Assembly: GCA_965199855.1 (NCBI GenBank)
Contig: OZ241326.1
Coordinates: 192,001-256,000, forward strand
Length of the DNA: 64,000 nucleotides
Reading direction: 5' to 3'
Source of the DNA: a bacterium
GTDB lineage: Bacteria; UBA8248
The notes beneath the pieces were generated by a model. That model was given only the letters and a program-made list of their open reading frames with translations, ran no database searches and was not told where the DNA came from. This document shows, piece by piece, positions 15,282 through 23,986 of the stretch; the first letter of the stretch is position 1, and the number at the start of each line of letters is the position of its first letter. A program made the position numbers and the translations under genes.

Positions 15282-15502
15282 TCAGTCGCGGTTGAAGCCC
15301 CGATCGCCGCGGGTCATGAGGACGCGCTTCCAGAATCCTTCGCGCTCGAGAACGGCCTCGTCAGCCGCCCAGCCTCGCCACGCGCTCTTGCCCCTCGCCC
15401 AGACGTCAAGCGGCTGAGAGCCTTCCCGTTCCATCTTGCGAAGTGAACCTTGAAGTCCGTCAGGTTCTCTGTCGGCCAAATGTCACTCGGAAGAATCGCC
15501 AT
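15282..15502 (-). pseudogene. Internally deleted, frameshifted remnant of a probable GIY-YIG-family nuclease gene
   Basis: N-terminal MAILPSDIWPTENLTDFKVHFARWN / QPLDVWAR..WRGW is joined directly to a C-terminal-type segment DEAVLEREGFWKRVLMTR..GFNRD across two frames. Family call is from memory. Confidence 0.5.
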
Positions 15503-15530
15503 GATGCGCCTCCACAGTTCGCGGGAAAGC

Positions 15531-16136
15531 CTACGCGGGCGGGGAGACGCTTTCCCCGTAGATCTTCCGGGATTCCTCCTGCGTCACGGCGTTTCCCTCC
15601 GGATCGTGAAGGGGGTATGCCTTGAGCGTTCGCATGAACACCTGAAGGCCGTAGTGAAGCGCGATCATCGCGCCGATCTCCATGATCTGCGCCTCGGTGA
15701 AGTGCTTCTTGCCCTCCTCGTAGAATTCCGCGTCGAGCCGCGCGGCGTCCCGATACATCCAGTAGGAGTAGCGGAGCGCCCATTTCTCGGCGGCGGTGAA
15801 CTGCGGGTCGCTCTCGAAGTCGCCGCAGGCGGCCTCGACGCGCTCCTCCGTCAGCCCCTCCTTCCTCGCCCGCTCCGAGCGCAGGTTGGCGAAGTAGGTG
15901 TCCCGCGCGGTTCTGGCGAGCTGGACGCGGATCATCTCCTTGAGCCCGTGATCCACCCCGCCCATGGCGTGGGAGCGGTGCAGCGCGTCGTGCAGGGTGC
16001 CGGCGCAGCCGGGGGCGCGGGCCATGATGCGCGGGAACAGCGCGTCGGGCGCCCCGGTCTCGGCGGCGCGCTCCATGACGCGATCCCAGTCCTTCTCCTC
16101 GATCTCCCCGGGGTCGAGCGGCTCGATGATCGGCAT
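15531..16136 (-). CDS. Carboxymuconolactone decarboxylase/AhpD-like protein, paralog lacking the redox motif
   Basis: GGVDHGLKEMIRVQLAR...FTAAEKWALRY...HFTEAQIMEIG; has DTYF where the family has CxxC. Confidence 0.8.
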   Translation of the reverse strand: MPIIEPLDPGEIEEKDWDRVMERAAETGAPDALFPRIMARAPGCAGTLHDALHRSHAMGGVDHGLKEMIRVQLARTARDTYFANLRSERARKEGLTEERVEAACGDFESDPQFTAAEKWALRYSYWMYRDAARLDAEFYEEGKKHFTEAQIMEIGAMIALHYGLQVFMRTLKAYPLHDPEGNAVTQEESRKIYGESVSPPA

Positions 16137-16145
16137 GGCTTTCTC

Positions 16146-16808
16146 CTAGGCTCCGTTCGCCCGGGCGCGGTCGCCGTCCTCCACCGCGCGGGCGAGCGGG
16201 CCGCTCAGGTGCGAGACGGGGGAGTCGCCGTAGATGCGGCGCGACTCCTCCTGGCTCACCAGCCGGCCGTCGGGCGAGAACATGGGGTAGAAGTCGAGCG
16301 TTCTGAAAAAGGTGTGGTAGCCCACGTTGAAGCCGATGAAGGCGCCGAGCTCCACGATTTCCGCCTCGGAGTAATGCTCCCTCAGCCGCGCGTAGAACGC
16401 CTCGTCGATCTTCTCCGGCTCCGAATCCATGAGCTCGCTGTATTCGAGCGCCAGCTTCTCGGCGTCCGAGAACTTCTCGCTCTCGCGCCAGTTGTCGATG
16501 CCCTCGTCTATCAGCTCCTCGGTGAGGCCCGCCTGCTTCGCCGAAGCAGAGCGCACGTTCCCTCAGTAGTTGCAGAAGGCGCGGCGCGAGAGCTGGACGC
16601 GGATGATCTCCTTGAGCCCGTGGTCGATGGCGCCGGCGTTGAACACCGCGCCCCAGGCGAGATACATGGACTTCGCCAGATCCTCGTTGTGCCCCTGCAT
16701 GGCGTGAAAGGCGGGGTCGGGCGCGCGGTGCTTGAGCGCCTTGTTGAGGAAGGGGGCGAGCTTCGTCTTCTTCAACTCCTCGATGTCGAGCATGGTGATG
16801 TTGGGCAT
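16146..16808 (-). CDS. AhpD/CMD-like selenoprotein (C-N-Y-U; Sec at TGA 16565-16563)
   Basis: ORFs 16563-16808 and 16146-16556 are in the same frame: ...AFCNY-TGA-GNVRSASAK. The joined 220-aa protein aligns end to end with the neighbouring paralog. Hairpin CTGCTTC-GGC-GAAGCAG begins 13 nt after the TGA. Confidence 0.85.
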
Positions 16809-16849
16809 CGCGGCGCCTCCTGAAAATGACGCATGAAGTGAGCGTTTGA

Positions 16850-18214
16850 CTATCGCCTCTCCGCCTGAACGCGGCGCAGGGCGGCGTCGAGGGCGGAGGC
16901 CGTGCGCTCCGCCTCCTCCTCGGTGAAGACCAGCGGCGGGCTGATGGTGACCGTGTTCGAGGGGCCATTGGCGACGCCCGCGTTCTTGCCCACGATGACG
17001 CCCTCCTCCCTGGCGTAGGCCAGGACCCTGGAGGTGGCCGCCGTGGACAGGGGCGCGCCGTCCTCCTCGATGAGCTCCACGCCCCAGATGAGGCCCACCC
17101 CGCGCACGTCGCCCACGCAGGGGACGTCCGAGAGCTTCCGCAGAAGCCCGCCCAGGCGGCCGCCGATCTTTCGCGCGCGCGCGGGAAGCTCCTCCTCCAT
17201 CATGATGTCGAGGTTCTTGAGCGCCGCCGCGCAGGAGGCGGGGTGGCCGCCGTAGGTGTTGATCTGGAGAAAGCCCGGCTCGCCCTCCGCGTTCAGCGCG
17301 TCGAAGATTTCGCCGGTGGCAGCCGTCGCCCCGATGGGCAGGTAGGCGCTGCTCAGCCCCTTGGCCATCGTCATGATGTCCGGCTCGATCTCGTAGAGCT
17401 CGGAGGCGAAGAGCGCGCCCGCGCGGCCGAAGCCGGTGATGACCTCATCGGCGATGAACAGGACGCCGTAGCCGCGGCACACCTCGCGCGTCCGCTTCAG
17501 GTAGTCCGCCGGCGGAGGTATCACCCCGCCGCCGCCGATGACGGGCTCGGCGATGAACGCCGCCACCGTCTCCGGGTCCTCGTAGCGGATGACCTCGTCG
17601 AGCTCCTCCGCGCACCGGCGGGCGAGCTCCTCCTCCGACGCCGCGCCGCTCCGGTAGAAATAGGGGGCGCTCACGTGAATCACGCCCGGCAGGAGCGGCT
17701 CGAACGCGGCGCGCCTGGAGGTTTGTCCGGTGAGGCTCGCCCCGCCGATGGTCGCCCCGTGGTAGCCCTGGCGGCGGGCGATGATCTTGTAGCGGCGCCC
17801 GCCGTTCAGCCGCCCCCACGCGCGCGCCAGCTTGAGGGCGGTGTCCACCGCCTCGGAGCCCGAGTTCACGAACCAGATGCGATCGAGCCCCCCCGGCAGC
17901 AGGGAGGCGAGCCGCCCGGCGAGCCTGGCCGCCGGCGGGTTCACCTGGGTGAGGGGATAGTAGGAGAGCTCGAGCATCTGCTCGTAGGCCGCCCGGGCGA
18001 CCTCTTCTCTCCCGTAGCCGACGTTCACGCACCACAGCCCCGCCATGGCGTCGATGTATTCCCGGCCGGCGGCGTCGCGGATGGTCGAGCCGCTCGCCTT
18101 CACCACGACGTCGAGCGGATCCTCCTCCATCCGCGCGTGGTTCAGGAGCGGATGCCAGACGTGCGCCCTGTCCATCGTTCGCAGGGATTCGGCTTCGGCG
18201 ACCGCCGGGTTCAT
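16850..18214 (-). CDS. Class III PLP aminotransferase (omega-amino acid/diamine type)
   Basis: YIDAMAGLWCVNVGYG, SGSEAVD, FIADEVITGFGR, MAKGLSS, TYGGHP. Confidence 0.92.
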   Translation of the reverse strand: MNPAVAEAESLRTMDRAHVWHPLLNHARMEEDPLDVVVKASGSTIRDAAGREYIDAMAGLWCVNVGYGREEVARAAYEQMLELSYYPLTQVNPPAARLAGRLASLLPGGLDRIWFVNSGSEAVDTALKLARAWGRLNGGRRYKIIARRQGYHGATIGGASLTGQTSRRAAFEPLLPGVIHVSAPYFYRSGAASEEELARRCAEELDEVIRYEDPETVAAFIAEPVIGGGGVIPPPADYLKRTREVCRGYGVLFIADEVITGFGRAGALFASELYEIEPDIMTMAKGLSSAYLPIGATAATGEIFDALNAEGEPGFLQINTYGGHPASCAAALKNLDIMMEEELPARARKIGGRLGGLLRKLSDVPCVGDVRGVGLIWGVELIEEDGAPLSTAATSRVLAYAREEGVIVGKNAGVANGPSNTVTISPPLVFTEEEAERTASALDAALRRVQAERR

Positions 18215-18410
18215 GGCTCTCCCCTTCGGGGCTTCGAGTGCGCGCGACTCTTCCGGGCGACGCGGAAAATCTTAATCCGCAACGGGCCGGGAATCAACCG
18301 GCGAAAAACCCTGCCCGCCGGGCGGAAAGCGCGGATTCGCGCGAGCGGGGCCCCTTCTCCCGGAGTCGGAGCGGGCGGCGAGGGAGAAGCCGCCGCCGGC
18401 CGCGCGCGTC

Positions 18411-19640
18411 CTAGACCACGCCTTCGCGCCTCAGCTCTTCCAGCTCCGCCTCCGGCACCCCGAGCAGCCCGCCCAGAATCTCCCCGTTGTGCTGCCCCAC
18501 GAGCGGGGCGGGGGCGGCGTAGCCCCCCTCCATCTCGCTGAACTTCAGGGGAAAGCCCGGCGCCTTCGCGTCGGGGAGCGTTCCGAGGGCGGGGTGTTCG
18601 AGATCGACGATCATCCCGCGCTCGCGCATGTGCGGCCAGGAGAGGACCTCGTCGATTCCGTTCACCGGCCCGCAGATGACGTCGCGCGCGCGCAGGGAGG
18701 CGACCGCCTCCTTCGTCGCGCGCCGCCTCGTCCAGGCGCCGATGAGCTCATCCACCTCCGCGCATCGCGTGACGCGCCGGCTCATGTCCCCGTATCGCTC
18801 GTCGCCGATGAGGTCCTCGCGCTCGATTCCGCGCAGGATGTCGCGCCAGTGGGCGTCGGTTCCCGAGGCGACGACGATCCAGCCGTCCCTCGTCTCGTAG
18901 GCGTTGAAGGGGGCGAGGCGCATGATGCGGTTTCCGAGGCGGGGCGGAAGCCCCAGGCGCTCGTAGCAGTCCATCGGCTCGTCGAAGATGAGCGAGAAGA
19001 TGCAGTCGATCATCGAAACGTCGATGTGCTGGCCCCCGCCCCCGCGCTCGCGGTGGAAGAGCGCCGTCATGATCGCGCCGAAGGCGAACGTTCCGCCCAC
19101 GCTGTCGCCCAGGGCAGAGCCCGCCTTGGTGGGCGGGCCGTCGGGAAACCCCGTGAGGCTCATCAGGCCCGAAGCCGCCTGGGACACGGCGTCGTAGCCC
19201 TTGAGGCCCGCGTCGGGGCCCGTCTGGCCGTAGCCGGTGATGGAGCAGTAGATGAGGGAGGGCTTTCGCGCGCCGAGCGTCTCGTAGTCGATCTTGAGCC
19301 TTCGGGCGACGCCGACGGAGAAATTCTCCACGACGACGTCGGAGCGATCCGCGAGGCCGTAGAAGAGCTCGAGCCCCCGCGGATCCTTGAGGTTGAGGGT
19401 GATCGCCTTTTTCCCCCGCGCGCGCTTGAGGTAAGCGATGCCCATGTCCGCGTCCGTTTGGGGATGATACGAAACGCCCTCGGCGCCGATGTAGGGAGGG
19501 GAGCTGGCCACCGGATCGCCGGTCGCCGGATTGTCCACCCGGATGACCTCGGCGCCCAGCCCCGCCAGGAAAAGCGTGGTCTGGGGCCCCGAGAGAAACT
19601 GCGTGAGGTCGAGAACGCGGACGCCTTCGAGCGGCTTCAT
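18411..19640 (-). CDS. CaiB/BaiF family (class III) CoA-transferase
   Basis: PLEGVRVLDLTQFLSGP, DVVVENF, YCSITGYGQTGP, GQHIDVSM, APLVGQHN; start trimmed to MKPLEG. Confidence 0.92.
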   Translation of the reverse strand: MKPLEGVRVLDLTQFLSGPQTTLFLAGLGAEVIRVDNPATGDPVASSPPYIGAEGVSYHPQTDADMGIAYLKRARGKKAITLNLKDPRGLELFYGLADRSDVVVENFSVGVARRLKIDYETLGARKPSLIYCSITGYGQTGPDAGLKGYDAVSQAASGLMSLTGFPDGPPTKAGSALGDSVGGTFAFGAIMTALFHRERGGGGQHIDVSMIDCIFSLIFDEPMDCYERLGLPPRLGNRIMRLAPFNAYETRDGWIVVASGTDAHWRDILRGIEREDLIGDERYGDMSRRVTRCAEVDELIGAWTRRRATKEAVASLRARDVICGPVNGIDEVLSWPHMRERGMIVDLEHPALGTLPDAKAPGFPLKFSEMEGGYAAPAPLVGQHNGEILGGLLGVPEAELEELRREGVV

Positions 19641-19654
19641 CATCGAGGGGCGAA

Positions 19655-20197
19655 CTACGCGCCGAGCAGAATCTTTACCGCCTGCCGCGCCGCGTCGCTC
19701 GCGCGCGCGGATATCTCCTCGTCCGGGAGCGTGCTCAGCGGGTGCTCGATGACGACGGGGTCGAGGCCGTCCATCCCCAGCGCGGCCCTCTGCACGCGGG
19801 CCTCGTGCAGGAACACTTCCGTCACCACCACGGCGGTGGGCGCTCCTTTCCGCTCCAGGGAAACCGCGTCGTGCATACAGCACGAGGTGCAGGAGCCTCA
19901 GTCGCCGATCGCCGTCAGGACGACGTCGTTCTCCTCCGCGATTCTGGCGATCAGATCGGGCGCGGCGTTCTTGGAGAAGCTCTCCTTCTTGTAGTAGCGC
20001 ACCTCGGCGAAGGGCCCCTCCGCCTCCATCAGCGCCGCGGTCTTCTCAAGCAGCCTGCGCCCGTTCCACTTGGTGTTGTCGAGAACGCCGAGCTTCAGCC
20101 CCTTGAGCGCGGCGACGCGCTCCGAGATGGGCCGCGCCTCGGCCTCGACCGCCCCGCGGGGGTCATAGACGGCCTGTCCGGTGATGACGTCGCTCAT
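19655..20197 (-). CDS. UGSC-family selenoprotein (Sec at TGA 19900-19898)
   Basis: Two in-frame ORFs join as ...VVLTAIGD-TGA-GSCTSCCMHDAVSLERKG. Hairpin TCGTGC-TGTAT-GCACGA begins 12 nt after the TGA. Confidence 0.88.
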
Positions 20198-20224
20198 GCT
20201 TTCTCCTCCTATGCTCGGTTCCGG

Positions 20225-21319
20225 CTACAGCAGGCAGGCGCCGTCCACGCAGACGGGGCCGCCCCGGGGCGCCTTGCCGTCAATCGCCCGCAGCACCGGG
20301 TTCGTCATGTGGCCCCAGCCGGGGATGAAGGCGGAGAAGCGGCCCGCCTCTCCCCCCGCCACGAACAGGTGGATGTTCTCCGGGCCCGGCACGATGGGGA
20401 CGCGCTCGCCCGCCTCGCGCCGGTACCACCTGGGGATGTTGCGGTTATAGACCTTTCCGTAGCGGTGGCCGAACGAAATGTCCTCGAAGGTGTTCGTGGT
20501 GTGCATCCACAGATAGCTCTTCACGTCGTTGCGCGTCCAGTTCCTCGCGCTGATGGTGGCGGCGTGCTCGGGGCCGATGACGACGGCGCACGAGCCGCTG
20601 CTCACCGCGTTGTTGTGGGCGATCGTGCTCATGGCCGAGCAGACGCTGTCGAGGACGCCTTCCGGATCGTCGGAGATGTGGTTCGTCACGCTGTGGGGCG
20701 CCTCGGCCGCGATGGCGAAGACCGTGGAATCCTCGGGCGCGTAGCCCTGCTCCACGTGATAGGGCGCCCAAGGGCTCGCCTCCTCGTTCTCCGCGATGCA
20801 GTAGGTGTATTTCGTGGGACAGCCCAGCGTGCTCTTGTCGAGGTCGCCCGGCCGCGCCCCGCCCACGTTCAGGAGCATCATCCGCGCCGCGCGGCCTATC
20901 GTCGCGTTCGCGCGGTTGCCCGAGCCGAAGACGTTGCAGCCCGCGTTCATGCCGATCTCGCCGCGCGCCGGCCCGTTCACGACGAGGAGCGGGCACGCCA
21001 TGTGGGTGGTGGCCTGCACGCCGTTCAGGTTGAAGTGCGGGTCGCACAGGGCGAGCATCGCCGCGCGGACGACGGGGGCGTATTCGGCCCTGCAGCCCGC
21101 CATCACCATGTTGATCGCCAGAACCTCTCTCGTGAGATTGCCCCAGCGGGGAGGCACGCGGCACTCCACGAAGTCCTTCCCGCCCCCCAGCGCCGAGACG
21201 GCGGCGTCTATTTTCTCAGGCGTGGGCGGGACGACGGGAAGCCCGTCGGAGAAGCCCCGCTCGTAGTAATGCTCCACCAGATCGACTTCGCCGCCCACCA
21301 TCCGCGCCGCCTGCGCCAT
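20225..21319 (-). CDS. Conserved hypothetical protein of the type found beside UGSC genes
   Basis: SDGLPVVPPT, AINMVMAGC, GNRANATIGRA, AENEEASPW; C-terminal CVDGAC; co-oriented 27 bp upstream of the UGSC gene. Confidence 0.8.
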   Translation of the reverse strand: MAQAARMVGGEVDLVEHYYERGFSDGLPVVPPTPEKIDAAVSALGGGKDFVECRVPPRWGNLTREVLAINMVMAGCRAEYAPVVRAAMLALCDPHFNLNGVQATTHMACPLLVVNGPARGEIGMNAGCNVFGSGNRANATIGRAARMMLLNVGGARPGDLDKSTLGCPTKYTYCIAENEEASPWAPYHVEQGYAPEDSTVFAIAAEAPHSVTNHISDDPEGVLDSVCSAMSTIAHNNAVSSGSCAVVIGPEHAATISARNWTRNDVKSYLWMHTTNTFEDISFGHRYGKVYNRNIPRWYRREAGERVPIVPGPENIHLFVAGGEAGRFSAFIPGWGHMTNPVLRAIDGKAPRGGPVCVDGACLL

Positions 21320-21442
21320 GCCCTTCGCTCTCCCGTCACGGGTTCCTGGACGCCCGCATCATAAACCGGATTCCCGAAAAGGAAAAGACGGGGAGCAGGA
21401 CGCGAGAGACGAAACCAAAAGCATCCTTGAAGCGCCGCGCCC

Positions 21443-22075
21443 TCACCCTTTCGGCAGGCGCGTCGCCTCGTCGGTCAGCGCGGCTTGGGCCTGCGCCGGC
21501 GTCAGCCCCTTCGCCCCCGAGAGATCGGCGCCCCGGAGGTCGGCGCGCTCCAGATCCGCGTCATCCAGGAGGGCGTCCGCGAGGTTCGCGCCCGCGAGAT
21601 TCGCCCGGGCGAGCGAGGCGCCGCGCAGATCGGCGCCGCGCAGATCGGCGCCCGCGAGATCCGCGGCTCCGAGATTCGCCGACATCACGTTCGCCCCGGC
21701 CATGCGGGCGCCCGCGAGATTCGCCCCCTCGAGGCTCGACTGGAACAGGTCGGCCCCCTCCAGGTCGGCGTTCGAGAGGTCCGCCCCGCCCAGGTTCGCC
21801 CACTGCGCGTTGGCGCGGGCGAGGCGCGCCCCCCGCAGGTTCGCCTTCGACAGGTTCACGAGGAACAGGCTGACGAGCCCGAGGCGCGCGCCTTCCAGGT
21901 CGGCGCGCTCCCCGCTCGCGCCCGCGCTCTCGAGCCACTTCGCGTGGGCTTCCACCTTCCCGGCGAAAAGGGCCTCCTCCGCCTGATCCGGCGCCATGGG
22001 GAGGCCGAAGCCGGCCTCCCCCCCGGACGGAGCCGTCCTCCCCCCCGCCAGCCAGCCGAGAATCCGCTTCATCAT
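21443..22075 (-). CDS. Pentapeptide repeat protein
   Basis: Long run of A(D/N)Lxx repeats (ANLRG, ADLSN, ADLEG and others). Confidence 0.9.
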   Translation of the reverse strand: MMKRILGWLAGGRTAPSGGEAGFGLPMAPDQAEEALFAGKVEAHAKWLESAGASGERADLEGARLGLVSLFLVNLSKANLRGARLARANAQWANLGGADLSNADLEGADLFQSSLEGANLAGARMAGANVMSANLGAADLAGADLRGADLRGASLARANLAGANLADALLDDADLERADLRGADLSGAKGLTPAQAQAALTDEATRLPKG

Positions 22076-22300
22076 GGGGACGCCTCCCGGCCCGAGGATC
22101 GCCCGGCCTGAACCGCGCGGATGAATGAAGGCGACCGACAACGCTCTCGCCGAAAAACCCGAACGCGAGCGGGCGAACCTTCGGCGGATCGTTTGCGAAA
22201 CCCGGCCGCCAGGGAAGATTACAGCATTTCGCCGGCGGACGAAGCGCGGGAGCGCGCCGCGTGACGCGAATCGGCCAGCGGGGGGGAAGAATTCCCTTCT

Positions 22301-23101
22301 TCAGGCCGCCAGAGAGTCCAGGAAGTCGCGGCAGACGCGGGCGAACGCATCGGGGCGTTCGATGAGCGCCACGTGGCCCGTGCCCTCCATGACGACGAGC
22401 CGGGAGCCCTCGATGCGGGCGCTCATCTCCCGCGCGTGGTGGGGATCGACGATGAGGTCGCGATCCGAGCAGGTGATGAGCGTGGGAACCCTGATGTTGT
22501 GAAGGCGATCCAGCGCGTCCCCCTCCAGGCAGGCGGCCAGCTGCCCCTCCCAGCCCGCGTCCTCCCCCGACGCCTCCATGAGCCACTTTCTCTTGCGCTC
22601 CATCTCCCCGGCGTTCGCGTCGTAGAACTCGTGCGAGTAAAGCCCCAGCAGGCTGAGCTCGACGAGCGCCTCGCGCTCCCCGCGCCGGGCGAGGCGCAGG
22701 CGGGCGCGCTGAAAGGAGGCCAGCCGCGGGCAGTTTCTCGCCCAGGCGTGGTGAAGCCCCAGGCTCATGACGCGCTCCGGGTGGCGCAGCGCGAGCTCCG
22801 CCGCGATGTGCCCCCCCATGGAAAAGCCCATGACGTGGGCGCGCTCGGCGCCCGCGGCGTCGAGAACGCCCGCGGCGTCTTCCGCCATGTCCGCGAGGGA
22901 ATAGCCCGGCGCGGGCGCGGAGCTTTTGCCCACCCCCCGGTTGTCGAAGACGACGCAGCGGAAGCGCGCACCCAGCAGGGGCAGCTGCCCCGACCAGAAG
23001 GCGTGGTCGTGGCCCGTTCCGCTCACCAGCAGAAGGGGCGCGCCCCGCCCGTGGACCTCATAGAAAATCCTCACGCCCGTGGGCGGCGCGGCGAACGGCA
23101 T
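22301..23101 (-). CDS. Alpha/beta hydrolase
   Basis: FDNRGVGKS, GFSMGG nucleophile motif, GTGHVALIE. Confidence 0.9.
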   Translation of the reverse strand: MPFAAPPTGVRIFYEVHGRGAPLLLVSGTGHDHAFWSGQLPLLGARFRCVVFDNRGVGKSSAPAPGYSLADMAEDAAGVLDAAGAERAHVMGFSMGGHIAAELALRHPERVMSLGLHHAWARNCPRLASFQRARLRLARRGEREALVELSLLGLYSHEFYDANAGEMERKRKWLMEASGEDAGWEGQLAACLEGDALDRLHNIRVPTLITCSDRDLIVDPHHAREMSARIEGSRLVVMEGTGHVALIERPDAFARVCRDFLDSLAA

Positions 23102-23250
23102 GGGGAGGCTCCCGAAAAAAGAAAGACGCGAGCGGACGGCTCCCCGCCCGGGAGCGCGTCAGGCCGAACCCGGCCGATGGACTCCTCCGCCAGTCCAGGC
23201 GACAGGGCGCGCCGGAGATTCCGCCCCCCGAAAGCGCGCGGCGCGGCCCC

Positions 23251-23949
23251 TCACGTTCCGGGTTCGTCCTCGGGCCCCCAGAAGAACGGATCGAGCAGCA
23301 GGCCCTCCCTCGGAACCTTCACGGCGGGCGCGAGCCCCTGCGCCAGCTTGAGGCGCTGAATCGTCCTCAGATGCGCGAGCGCCTCCCAATACATCTGCCG
23401 AAGCATCGCCCCCAGGGTGAAGGTGAATTTCGTCTCGTCCTCCGCGTCCCGGGAAAGACCCTCCTCGTGAAAGGCGGAAGCGCGCGCCCAGAAGCGATGC
23501 ACCGGCTCGTCGGTGTCCCCCATCATCAGCTCCGGCGCGAACGAGCGGGTGATGGCGAGGGTTCTCAACTCCTCCCCGCCCCTTCCCTCGGCGGCGCGCT
23601 CGGCGAAGCGGAGCGCCTCGTCGAACTTGGGGAGCAAATCCTCCAGCTTCCAGTATTTCTCCTCATCCAGCCTGCGGTCATATTTGTCGGGCGCCGCCAT
23701 GGAGAAATCCACCGGGTCGCCGGGCGGGTTCTCCGGCCAGAGCGTCTTGCCCCACATCTTCGCCCACCAGAAGAAATAGGCGAGCGCCACGTGGCTTATC
23801 TGCCGCCGGATGCTCCAGCGCGACCACTCCTCGGAGGAATCCTCCCAGTCGAGCTGGGCGTCGGTCAGCCCGGCCGCCTCTTCGCGGAACATCTCGCGCA
23901 GCGCCTGAAAATCGGGAATTCCCCCGTCCACGCCGGTCTCCTTTCGCAT
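23251..23949 (-). CDS. DinB-like superfamily protein
   Basis: GLTDAQLDW...WSIRRQISHV...EALAHLRTIQRL follows the DinB helix/His pattern. Confidence 0.65.
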   Translation of the reverse strand: MRKETGVDGGIPDFQALREMFREEAAGLTDAQLDWEDSSEEWSRWSIRRQISHVALAYFFWWAKMWGKTLWPENPPGDPVDFSMAAPDKYDRRLDEEKYWKLEDLLPKFDEALRFAERAAEGRGGEELRTLAITRSFAPELMMGDTDEPVHRFWARASAFHEEGLSRDAEDETKFTFTLGAMLRQMYWEALAHLRTIQRLKLAQGLAPAVKVPREGLLLDPFFWGPEDEPGT

Positions 23950-23986
23950 CCGTCCCGAAGCCTTCTCCAGACCCCGCGCCCGCGCG

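Noticed and set aside
21490-21910. 15-bp periodic DNA repeats
   Set aside because: They are fully explained by the pentapeptide repeat protein.
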